This document shows, in pieces, positions 12,473 to 23,749 of a DNA stretch of 64,000 nt; position 1 is the stretch's first letter; every line of letters begins with the position of its first letter. The position numbers and the translations under genes were made by a program. The stretch is taken from contig NC_043004.1 of assembly GCF_006345805.1 (NCBI RefSeq), positions 13,206,001 to 13,270,000 of the forward strand, in the 5' to 3' direction. The notes beneath the pieces are model-generated. The model did not search any database. It was given only the letters and a program-made list of their open reading frames with translations, and had not been told where the DNA came from. The stretch comes from Octopus sinensis. Its lineage: Eukaryota.

Positions 12473-13397
12473 CAGAGGCTGTCTCAAAAGTAAATAGATT
12501 CCCCTTATTATAACGTTTAATTTGTGAGGACGCTACCTAAACGCTTCAAACTCGCTAATGTATCGTTATTATTAATTTCAGATTACAGTGTAGTAACTGT
12601 ATACAGCAACTAGCCATGCCTTGATCACCCCAGGAGCAAAAGGCAAGAGTTGTCTGGTTTTTTAAAAAACTGTGGGTGATTATGAGGATGGACTTAGCCA
12701 GCTTAAGTGTGTCACAAACCGCCAGCGTTGCCCGAAGCCCCTTCGGTGGGAGTTGTGCCAACAAAGGTGGAAACTGTACATCACCCCATGATACGGAGGA
12801 GGAATTTGTGGTCCTCTTCCATAAGGGAGGGACACTGGAGGGTCTTGTTAAGAAGCTTAAAATGAAGGGCCGAAGGGATGGGATTCTGTCCTGCACGGAG
12901 GACCCTGACTGGCCTTCGCAGGTGGCTGCGAAAGTCATGGGGAAGACCGACCTGTTCAGGATAATGGACTCCTTCCCCGAGGATACCTTCAGAGTCATGC
13001 TAAATTGGCCCGACTTGGCGCAGTCCAGGTGTTGAACTGAGGCGAGAAGTCTGGTCGGACACGATGATTTGTAACTAATTAAAGTAAGAGACTTGGTGCC
13101 TCATTTGTATTATTTCATTGATTTTATAATTCACTTCTGTAAGAGGTTTATTGCCTCACAATGGCTTTTTGTGTTGTAAATGTAAGAGGTTTATAGTCTC
13201 ATTGATGTTTTACTTTGAACTATGTAAGAGGTTTGTTGTTTCAAATATGGTACTTATAAAGAAGAATGTGCTCGGGTAAACAGCAATCGGCGGGCGTTGA
13301 TTGTTCTTAAATATAGAACTGTAAAATGCGGAATATTCTCATTAGATGTTTCCTTGTGTCATATCATAAATACATAATATCTTTTTAAGACACCATT
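12473..13397 (+). mobile_element. Tc1/mariner (DD37D/maT-like) derivative carrying a GC-rich cargo ORF
   Basis: Imperfect TIRs ta|cagaggctgtctcaaaag and ctttttaagacaccatt|ta. ATG at 12616 gives MP*SPQEQKARVVWFF, resembling DD37D transposase N-termini and in frame with ORF 12676-13035. Confidence 0.5.
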
Positions 13398-13412
13398 TAT
13401 TTATTTCTGTTG

Positions 13413-13766
13413 TGGAGGCGCAATGGCCCAGTGGTCATAGGATAGCGGTTTCGATTCCCTGACCGGGTGTTGTGAGTGCTTATTGCGTGAAAACACCTAA
13501 AGCTCCACGAGGTTCCGGCAGAGGGGGTGGCGAACCCTGCTGTACTCTTTTACCACAACTTTCTGCCACTATTTCTTCCCTTTTCTGTTGTGCCTGTATT
13601 TCAAAAGGCCAGCCTTGTCACACTCTGCGTCACGCTGAATCTTCCCGAGAACTACGTTAAGGGCAAACGGGTTTGTGGAATGCTCAGCCACTTACACGTT
13701 AATTTCAGGCTGTTCCGTTGATCAGATCAACTGGAACCCTCGTCGTCGAAACAGATGGAGTGTCAC
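13413..13766 (+). mobile_element. tRNA(Arg)-like SINE family B
   Basis: Head tggaggcgcaatggcccagtgg...ggtttcgattccc. Body shared with 15395-15784 and 42885-43254. Fuller copies show the anticodon arm ggac-tcg-cggtc. Confidence 0.9.
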
Positions 13767-14062
13767 GATTTCTTTCTGACATAGGCATAAGGACGAAGTA
13801 TTTGAGAATTGGGATAATAGTTTGTATTATCCAGTACTTCAATCATATTCTGAGTGACTCGCTAAATTGACGTGCTTCCAGTTACAACTATCTATGTACA
13901 CGTCCCGTCATAATAACAGATGGTGGAAGATAATTTGACTCTATTTGATACTATGTAGAAATTTATTGGCCAAAGAACTTCAAAGAAGTATTATCAAAAA
14001 TATAAAATTTTTAAAGAGCGCCTTAGTCTCTAGTGTGAAGTTGAATTCCAAAAGTGAACATA

Positions 14063-14613
14063 TTGGGGTGACCGGAAAGTTCATGCCGATTTTTAAAGGG
14101 AGGAAAAAGGTCAATAGATACTTCCCATTACATTTTTAGTCAACCAAATATTAATCCTTTTGTTGCACAATGCGTCTCCATCTTTCCTTTAACTTGAAAA
14201 TACCCTCTTCCCAGAATTGAGGTAGTTTCATGGCAAAGAATTGATCAAGGTATCTTTTTATGTCATCCAAGGAATTGAAAGTTTTACCAGTAAGACTATT
14301 CTGCGGAGACCTGATTAAGTGGAAATCTGGTGAATATGGAGGGTGTGGTAACACATTCCGGCCAAGCTGCAGCAATTTTTGTCTGGTTCCCAAAATATCA
14401 AGTGCCGAAAATGAACTTTCTTATCTTCCATTTTAAAGGGTTACAGAATTAACACAGTTTATAGGAACATAAACTTTCTTCCACGAAAAGATAGCTTAAA
14501 CTGTGCTCGAAATGGAGGTGTAGTCAAATTCTATTTTATGGACTCAACCATGTGCTAAAATAAGTCGAAAGTTAAGCTACTATAAATCGGCACGAACTTT
14601 CCGGACAACCCAG
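14063..14613 (-). mobile_element. Internally deleted mariner (MITE-like) with both TIRs
   Basis: TA|ttggggtgaccggaaagttcatgccgattttta ... tataaatcggcacgaactttccggacaacccag|TA. Minus ORF LPHPPYSPD...FW.EGIFKLKERWRRIV is the transposase C-terminus. Confidence 0.9.
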
Positions 14614-14749
14614 TAGTTTAGTGCTTAATTTATTAAACTAAGTGTCTCTATCCTTCGTGTCGTATGGTACAACAAGCATTTATAGTAAAAAGTAAGTAAA
14701 GACTTCCTTCGGTCATGAATGACCATGAGATTGCACCTAGAAATTTACG

Positions 14750-14960
14750 GGCATTGAGACGTCTTATGGAAATGAAAACGAATTTTTTTGCCCTCAGAAA
14801 GGACCTAAATCTTAGAGAGCTCTCTTATGATGTAAAATACTTTTGCACACTATGCTAGTTAACGAGCATTTTCGAGCAGCTTAATACACTAAAAATATAC
14901 CCGCAAGAGGATAAGCAACAATTTACATTTGAAATGTTACCATGTGTTAATGAATTTGTC
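14750..14960 (+). mobile_element. hAT (Charlie/Buster-type) transposase fragment
   Basis: With a frameshift reads RALRRLMEMKTN/FFALRKDLNLRELSYDVKYFCTLC*LTSIFEQLNTLKIYPQED...FEMLPCVNEF, similar to the hAT pattern L.R..ELK.E...LAYL.DIF..LN.LNL.LQG. Confidence 0.55.
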
Positions 14961-15394
14961 TGATCATAACCGAGTGTTGGGCCAGGATAGAAAAGCAGCT
15001 CCGTAAACATCTACCAGGTAAAGCAAACTGTAAATTAAATTCGTTTCAAATCTCATTCATTACTTTAATGAAGACAGGGGAAAAGCCCACCCCCCCCCAC
15101 TTCAAAGGATCACGAAGAAATAGCAGGGCACTCCTGTTATTCAAGTCAGGAAGTTCAGTTTTTTAAAAATTAATTTAGAAAGATCTACTGTTTTCTTTCA
15201 CGTACTTAACTGAACCAACCTTTTTAGATTTAACGGCTATCATGGAAGTAGAAAATTTTTTAATAATATCGCTGACAAGTATTAAACGGCAGAGAAAGTA
15301 GCGCCGTCATTCTAATAATTCTTTAACATTATGGCAGAAGGTCAGCAGTTTTGGGAGACGTGAGGGGAGTATGTTGATTATATCCTCCCTAGTG

Positions 15395-15784
15395 GATGGA
15401 AGCACTCCGTCGGTTACGACGATGAGGGTTCCGGTTGATCCGAATCAACGGAACAGCCTGCTCGTGAAATTAACGTGTAAGTGGCTGAGCACTCCACAGA
15501 CACGTGCACCCTTAACATAGTTCTCGGGGATATTCAGCGTGACACAGAGAGTGACAAGGCTGGCCCCTTGAAAACAGGTACAACAGAAACAGGAAGTAAG
15601 TAAGAGTGAGAGAAGTTGTGGTGAAAGAGTACAGCAGGGATCAACCACCATCCCATGCCGGAGCCTCGTGGAGCTTTTAAGTGTTTTCGCTCAATAAACA
15701 CTCACAACGGCCGGTCTGGGAATCGAAACCGCGATCCTATGACCGCGAGTCCGCTGCCCTAACCACTGGGCCATTGCGCCTCCC
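15395..15784 (-). mobile_element. tRNA(Arg)-like SINE family B, full length
   Basis: Reverse complement of the 13413 family with an intact head ggaggcgcaatggcccagtggttagggcagcggactcgcggtcataggatcgcggtttcgattccc. Confidence 0.9.
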
Positions 15785-15994
15785 CTCCCTAGTAGTTGTA
15801 GTTGACTGATGTTTATTTTATCGAATCCGACAGAATGAAGGCTAAGTCAACTGAGAATATAATGCACCGGGAGAAAGGATCCCACATCGAAGCAGTTCTT
15901 GCAGCTCATCACTTTCGAAACCCTACTTATAATATTCATACACCATGTTTTTTTTTTTGTGGTTTGGTTTTAGTAAAAGTTTTTAACTTTTATC

Positions 15995-16210
15995 GTTTAT
16001 TTGTTTCAGTCATTTGGCTGCGGCCAAGCTGGTGCACTACCTTGAAGTTTTAGCCCAATGAATCGTCCTTATCAGCAGTACTTATTTTTCTTAAGCCTCG
16101 TACATATTCAATCGGTCTGTTTTAACGAAACGCTAAGTTACGGAGACGTAAACACACCAACACCGGTTGTCAAGTGGTTTAGTGGTTTGGAGTACAAACA
16201 CGAACACAAA
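15995..16210 (-). mobile_element. SINE family A, 3' half (diverged)
   Basis: ttgtttcagtcatttggctgcggcc...ctaagttacggagacgtaaacacacc matches the family A tail reversed. Confidence 0.75.
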
Positions 16211-16604
16211 GACGCACGCAGTGATACACACACATAAACACACACACAAACACACACACAAACATACACACACACATACACACACACACATATATATATA
16301 TATATAAAATACAAAAATGAGATAAGAACGCAAAACATCCAGACAAACGATACAATGGAAACAAGTACGAGCCGTTCGGAGTTTTCATTCGTCAGTCGAG
16401 TTCTAGATTATCTTTGCAATTTCGGCTGGTTATACTCGAGATTGCTCCATTATATATATATGTATAAGCCCATACTTACTGAGGTAATTACCAGGAGCGC
16501 CTTTTGATACATCTATCCCTTAGAGTGTTTAAACACCTCTAACTTGCACCTTATATATATATATATATCTATATATCTATATATATATATAGTTATCAGT
16601 AATA

Positions 16605-16909
16605 ATATAGGGTGAAATTAATTAATTTGGAATAATCATTAATTACACCAAGTAGATTTCGGCATGTAAAAGCCTCATTCGAGGAAAGTTTAAGTAATAC
16701 TAAGTAATTAAGGGTTTAGCAACGAATTGCCTCACCACACACCGAATTTAGAAATAGCAGTGAAAGAGTTATAGCTATTCTTTCTACTAAAAGGGAGATC
16801 TCAGCAAAAACACAGCATTTGTAGAAAGAATAGCTATAACTCTTTGACTGCTATTTCTAAATTCGGTGTGTGGTGAGGCAATTCGTTGCTAAACCTTATT
16901 ACTTAGTAT
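16605..16909 (-). mobile_element. Hairpin-plus-tail element between (TA)n arrays
   Basis: Near-perfect IR arms 16697-16787 and 16821-16909. The tail has a partial HHR on minus: GAATGA-GGC-ttttacat-GCC-GAAA (16680-16657). Confidence 0.75.
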
Positions 16910-16914
16910 ATATA

Positions 16915-16959
<45 letters not shown>

Positions 16960-16964
16960 TATAT

Positions 16965-17565
16965 ATCAACGACGGGCTTCTTTCAATTTCGTCTTCAATT
17001 CCACTTCGAAGCAATAATGGAGGACAAGGTGTCACGCAGTGCGACTAAACCTGGAGCCATGTAGTACTGCGGTAAGTTTCTTACCACACAGCTAATGCTG
17101 CGTCTTGTTAACATCTTTCCACGTTATTATATGATTTATATTTCTTCTGTTTTAATAAGTTATGAGATATTTTTTGCTTAACGTATATGTGTATTTGCTG
17201 GTTGGTTGTTGACATGCAGAATAGTGAAAGATGGTGTCTGGTAAACAGAGTCACATATGTGTGTATGTGAGCGATTCCGTGTGCGTTTGTGAGTGTGTGC
17301 GCGCGCGCGTGTGTCTGTGTGTTTATATGTGCGTGTTTCTGTCTGTGTGTTTGTATGTGTGTGTGTGCGCGTGTGTGTGTGTGTTTGTGTACGTGTGTGC
17401 AGAGCGTGCACGTGTTGTCACTCATCACCCCTTGTACATGCCAGTAACTTAGCGGTTCGACAAAAGACTGATAGATAGATAGATAGATAAAAAAAGCAAT
17501 CTACTCAAAAATTCTTGAAGGTTGTGCCCCAGCATGGCCGCAGTGAAATGACTGAGACAAGTAAA
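16965..17565. mobile_element. Two old SINE family A fragments (5' part on minus 16965-17100; 3' part on plus 17415-17565)
   Basis: Diverged matches to the family A head and tail. Confidence 0.6.
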
Positions 17566-18006
17566 CGATATGGATATATCCTTAACAAGTATAATAAGCA
17601 CTTATGCAGCTTTTCTTTTCTATATATATATATAAAAAAGTGTACACTGTACTATCGTTCAATGAATTATGCACCGGCTTAATATCACAAAGTGACCTTT
17701 AGAATAACCAATCTCGCTTATTGTATCATCTCACAACACAAAGGGTTTTCGACAGATACCTATTTTTCATGTGACATTTTTATCAATGAATTCAATTCAT
17801 GCCAGAATGAAATACAAGCTGCTGCAAGATATTGTTTTATCGTAATCTCCAATCATAATGGTATATCATTCTTGGAAAGAGAAAATTGTTAGTGGTTCAA
17901 GTCGGATAGAGTTGGAGTATGGTTCTTTGTTGAATGTTAAGTAGCTTGAATGAGGTTCATTTTAGTTTCTGCTGTATCAGCTTGAAATTACCATAAGTTA
18001 TATACA

Positions 18007-18081
<75 letters not shown>

Positions 18082-18409
18082 TCTGAGAGACTAAAATTAC
18101 ATGCTGCGACTTGATTATCCGAGAATCGACAATTTTAGAGCGGCAATGTGTTCCGCGTAGATCTGGAATATTCGAGGCGTCAAAGTAGCTTTAATTCTTT
18201 ACATTATATTCCAGAACACGTACTTAGAACCAAACAGATAAATACTGCAGGCTATTCAAAAACAGAAGACGTGCTGTCGCTCAAATGTATTTTAATCTTA
18301 TATAGTTATAAACTTAGCTTATTTGTTGTTCACTATTGCGAGCACCCTGTTATTTTTTTTTTGTTGTACTTGTTGTTATATTATTGTTGTTGGTATTGTT
18401 CTTGTTATT

Positions 18410-18431
18410 AATATTGTTATCATTATTATTA

Positions 18432-18468
<37 letters not shown>

Positions 18469-18479
18469 CATTATTATTA

Positions 18480-18510
<31 letters not shown>

Positions 18511-18525
18511 CATTATTATTATTGC
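18410..18525. repeat. (ATT)n microsatellite
   Basis: Direct reading. Confidence 0.95.
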
Positions 18526-18705
18526 TCCTGTTCTTTTTTTTTTTTAATTTGCTTTGTTCCTATATTTTGTTACCGTTGTCTTTATTCTCCCTTACTTAAG
18601 AATCTTTCTTACAACAAATATATTCCGAAACAATCATGCGATCATGCACACACAGCTTCATATACATAATGAATCGAATAACAAAACTACAAAGAGACAC
18701 ACATA

Positions 18706-18746
<41 letters not shown>

Positions 18747-19322
18747 GTACAAACACAAACATTTTTCGGATGCGAGCATTCTCGCCCCCTAATAAGCTAC
18801 TTCTATTTGGCACAACTTTATCTAACAACACCAGATGAGTAGAATTATTGTATTTGACTTGTTGTTGGCAAAGCTTTATTCACTGCAAATAGTTATTTTC
18901 AGATTCCGCCCATTACGAAAAATAATATAGGAACAAAATCGTATCAATTCTATATTCTTCAAACCTAACAATTATCACTTTGAAGGATTGTGTGCATATC
19001 ATTTGATCACTTCTAAAGATGTTTTGGCTTTATTAATGTAGGTCTCGTCTAATTTTCCTGTCGGAGATGTTACATATTCCTAAGAATGTATGCACAAACG
19101 CATACGAAATCTGTTTCACAAAGTATCAAGTAAATACACTACGTTACTAATACACAAATACATATATACATAAAATATAAAACACGTGTTTAAGATATAG
19201 AGGCATAAAGATGATTAGATGCGTGTATGTGCATACGCATACAAACACAAACACACGCACTAAGACACAGACATAAGTGTATATATGTATGCATATATGT
19301 ATATATGTGCATATATTATATG

Positions 19323-19365
<43 letters not shown>

Positions 19366-19409
19366 GTATGTATGTATATATGCATACACACACACACATA
19401 TATATACAT

Positions 19410-19534
19410 ACAGGAGTGGCTGTATGGTAAGTAGCTTGCTTACCAACCACATGCTTCCGAATTCAGTCCCACTGCGTGGATCCTTGGGCATGTGTCTTCT
19501 ACTAAAGCCTCGGGCCGACCAAATAAGCCTCTCG

Positions 19535-19587
<53 letters not shown>

Positions 19588-19660
19588 ATGCGCGTGTGTG
19601 TATGTATCTGCGTTTGTTCCCACAACATCGCTTGACAACCGATGCTGGTGTGTTTATGTG
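19410..19660 (+). mobile_element. SINE family A, 3'-truncated
   Basis: caggagtggctgtatggtaagtagcttgcttaccaaccacatg...cttgacaaccgatgctggtgtg. Confidence 0.85.
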
Positions 19661-19798
19661 GGTGCGTGAGTGTTTGCGTGTATGTGTGTGTGTTTTTTGC
19701 GTGCATCGTTGAATGGATGACTGTGTTGATGTGTTTATACCTATTATTATTTTAGTATTAGTATTTCAGCCTAACTGTGAAAAACTAAAACCAGACAA

Positions 19799-19839
<41 letters not shown>

Positions 19840-19875
19840 ACACACATACACACACACACAAACACAAACACACAT

Positions 19876-19908
<33 letters not shown>

Positions 19909-20115
19909 CATACTGTGATTATAATTTTTCAAATTATTAACTATAGTTTCATCCAAGCCGGATAAAGCGCCTAGAAGGGAAATGAAAAATTTGCAGTTTT
20001 TGAATTGTTATGACTCATTCAAGTTTTTTTTTTTTCGTAAGTGCAAAATTATAGACTCTATCCCAAATTAGTGGTCATACTTTACCATATTTGTGAGTTC
20101 AAGGTGGGGATGCCG

Positions 20116-20178
<63 letters not shown>

Positions 20179-20189
20179 AGAGAGAGAGA

Positions 20190-20352
20190 GAAGAGATTCA
20201 CAAAAAAACAGAAGACGAAACAGGTGGTGTAGACAAAAAACAGATGTATTAGTATAAGGCTCGGGATGTGAAAAAGTCTACGCTCTTCCACAAGAAAGGA
20301 ACATAGAACGAAACAAGGAGAGAAAATAAAGAATGTGTAGTGGCTAGCGATC
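20190..20352 (-). mobile_element. PLE pLTR copy with HHR partly deleted
   Basis: Homologous to 43425-43620 but lacks the segment holding GAAAC and the 3' strand of stem II. Confidence 0.7.
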
Positions 20353-20519
20353 TATATATGCTTTTGGTGCGAATGGTTTTGTTATACGGTTTATGTATAT
20401 GGTTTTGTAAACGATAATAATGGTATTTATTTAAGTCTAAAATGATCACACTACCATGACTAAGGAAAACAGTCTGATAATGGGGAATATAAGCCCTCTA
20501 CAGAAAGAAGTATGCTTTC

Positions 20520-20590
20520 CTATCCACGTTGGACTCGAACTCACATCCCTTTGTTAATGCGCCTAAGTGTGTTACCATTACACCAGCGAT
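20520..20590 (-). pseudogene. tRNA-like sequence (Pol III A/B boxes); pseudogene or SINE head
   Basis: Minus strand gctggtgtaatggtaacaca...gtgagttcgagtccaacgtgg. No clean anticodon arm. Confidence 0.5.
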
Positions 20591-20815
20591 TTAGCCTCTC
20601 TGTTTCTGTCAAATTTAAGAACTATATTAGTTCCTAGTTGTTTTTGTTAACAAACTTTCTATATGCTTTCGGTGCGAATGGTTTTGTTATACGGCGCCGG
20701 GTTTTTACAATCCTTTATTTCTCTATACCATTTCTAAGATATGTAAGTTGGACCTTTTCATATATATACATATATACATTTTTTCTATCTCATGTATTTA
20801 ATTTCATGTATTTGT

Positions 20816-21255
20816 AGGTGCAGGAATGGCTGTGTGTTAAGTAGCTTGCTTACCAGCTACATGGTTCCGGGTTCAGTCCCACCTGTGTGGCACCTTGGCC
20901 AAGTATCTTCTTCTATAACCTCGAGCCAACCAAAGCTTTGTGAGTGGATTTGGTAGACGGAGACTGAAATGAAAGGCCGTCGTAAATATGTATATGTATA
21001 TATATATATATACATGTGTGTGTGTGTGTGTGCGTGTGTGTGTGTGTGCGTGTGTTTGTGTCTGTGTTTGTCCACCGAACATCACTTGACAACCGATGGT
21101 GGTGTGTTTACGTCCCCTTAACTTAGCGGTTCGGCCAAAGAGAACGATAGAATACGTACTAAGCTTACAAGGAATAAGTCCTGGGATCGGTTTGCTCGAC
21201 TAAAGGCCGTGCTCCAGCATGGCCACTGTCAAATGACTGAAACAAGTAAGAGAGT
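20816..21255 (+). mobile_element. SINE family A, full length
   Basis: Head, body, internal microsatellite and tail all present. Confidence 0.9.
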
Positions 21256-22438
21256 ACAATTTATATATTAAATTTGGTAATTCACTTATTCTTACATTTA
21301 CCTCTATGAACGTTTGTATATGTGAGTGTGTATGTGAGTGTGAGTATATATACGTGTTAAACACTATGTTAAGAAGGTTAATATTGAAAGACATGAATGA
21401 ACTTTAGACGGACAGGGGTACATAAGTTAGCTGTGTGTGTGCGTGAGTTTCTATGTGCAAGTAAAAGATTAGATGAAAGAGAAAAAACATTTTATTGTTG
21501 GAAGAAAGTGAGAAATTGAATTTCTCAGTTATTCTGTTGTGAGAAAATTAATGAGTGAGACAAAGAGAATTAATGAAAAATTGAAAGAAATATCAACGTC
21601 GGCCGAACATTAAGTGCAAGTATACAAATATTAGGTTATATATAATATATATATATAATATATATATATACATATATGCAGAGAGAGAGAGAGACCTAGA
21701 GAGAGTAAGAGGGAGAGAGAGAGTGAGTAAGAGTGAGAGACAGAGAGATTGCTTTGTTAGTAGCTATGTATATACAAAGTCACTTATGTGGGTGTATATA
21801 TATATATGCATGTATATATATGCGTGTTTCGAGGTTTTTCTGTGTCTGCTCCGTTGATATAATCCAAATGAACGAGACTGTAGTCAAAATTATTTTGGTG
21901 GCGAAGGTGTGGGTGGTCTGTAGAGTCTGAGTATTACAATTTATCAACGGAGCATGAAATCAGACAGGTTATTGCTTAATTAATAAACCATGAAATTACT
22001 CTCAATGAATCCTAACATATTATTACGTTTCCTATTACAATTCTGAATGAATTCCATTGCCAATGAGTTCTGACCTCAGTAATCTGTGTCAATATTTATA
22101 GTACTAGCAAATGCAGGCTGTCTTGGGTACACATTCGTATTTAGAACCTGTCAGTTCACATTTCGATACCGGCTAGTTTTGTTTGCCGTAATCAGCATTC
22201 TTTTACTCACTGCGTTGGTTTTTGCTTTCAACAGTTTAGAATACTTGTAAATCATTATTAAACGTTGTCCTTAGTTTCTGTTTTGTTACAAGTTAGGCAT
22301 ACAGACGACATTATCATTAATAAAACTTAAACATTTCAAAATCAAAAGCTTTACAGATTTATGCGCATGTATGCGTCTATATTGATATGAGCTTATGTAA
22401 TGTGTGCATAAGTGTGCTATATATTATATATATATATA

Positions 22439-22645
22439 TACGAGTGGCGCTGAAAAGTTACAGGCTTTTAGGATATCGTGAAAGGCCTGGTTGGAGGCCT
22501 GACGTTCCGAGTTCTTTTACGTGGTTTAGAAAAACTGAAGGAACGTTGTAATATGTGTGTAAATCTCAGAGAGGAATCTCTTGAATAGAGTTATAATTAA
22601 CTGATCTTCCTGGATTTTCTCTTACCTAAAGCCAGAAGAAACTTA
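22439..22645 (+). mobile_element. mariner-derived MITE
   Basis: Left end tacgagtggcgctgaaaagttacaggcttta, partial right end taaagccag. Internal remnant ...LEKLKERCNMCVNLR... resembles the mariner C-terminus. Confidence 0.7.
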
Positions 22646-22683
<38 letters not shown>

Positions 22684-22732
22684 TATAATAGATATAATAT
22701 ATAGACACATTATACATACGCATAATAATAGT

Positions 22733-22763
<31 letters not shown>

Positions 22764-23434
22764 ATGATATAGAATATACTGTATAGATATATATATATAT
22801 ATATATAATATAATATATATATATATATATACATGTGTGTGTGTGTATAGAAATGTGTATGATATATTTCGAACCTTTCATAATCGTAGATTTATTGCTT
22901 TGTATTTTACCTGAAAAGGTGAAAGTGTAAGTCAATCGATTTCAGATTTAAGTTACAGACCAGTAAACTCTGAACTAGATTACTTGGTAAGATGTGAAGA
23001 TCATTTTCTTTAATATACCATCGTGCCAAAATCAGTCATCTTCGATTTTTATGTATGTAAAAATTTTAGATAAGTATATAACTCGTGACATTGAGTAAAC
23101 TTTAGGCAGGGGATATTAAGAACAATATTTTCTGTAACACTTTCTCTGGCTTCAGTCTTGACAACAAAGAAGACCGACTTTAATATGATACAATAAATCT
23201 AGAAGTCACTTTTCAAGGAATATTGTATCGAAATAGATTAAGGAATATTTCAAAACTTAAGTTTCTAATGTACTGATTTTATAGCCTGAGAGGACTAGGT
23301 ACAGATTTTATATTATTCCAGGACAAACCCAGGTTAATCGATATCAATACATATACGTTTACCATTTAAAGTCCAGTAGAATGGCTTTAGCTTAAGTCAC
23401 AATAGGTGATGAATTAACTATATATATATATCTT

Positions 23435-23534
23435 NNNNNNNNNNNNNNNNNNNNNNNNNNNNNNNNNNNNNNNNNNNNNNNNNNNNNNNNNNNNNNNNNN
23501 NNNNNNNNNNNNNNNNNNNNNNNNNNNNNNNNNN
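23435..23534. other. Assembly gap (100 N)
   Basis: Run of N. Confidence 1.
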
Positions 23535-23749
23535 CTTTCTTCTTTCTATCTTTCTTTCTTTCTACTCGCACACTTCATATACATGTACATATATATACAC
23601 ATATATAGGCATGCATTTGTTTGAATATATATATACACACACACATATATATATACATATATAATATAAACATATTTATATATATACATATATGTTACAC
23701 ACACCACCCACACATATATATATATATACATATATATAATATATATATA

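Noticed and set aside
13138-13250. CRISPR-like array of three 12-mers
   Set aside because: Repeat too short, spacers partly related to each other, no cas genes.
15710-15784. Functional tRNA-Arg gene (also 46751-46825)
   Set aside because: It is the head of a multicopy SINE, continuous with the SINE body, with no proper acceptor stem or terminator.
16380-16450. CTGACGA and GCCGAAA on minus as a hammerhead
   Set aside because: The motifs are in the wrong order with no stem II between them.
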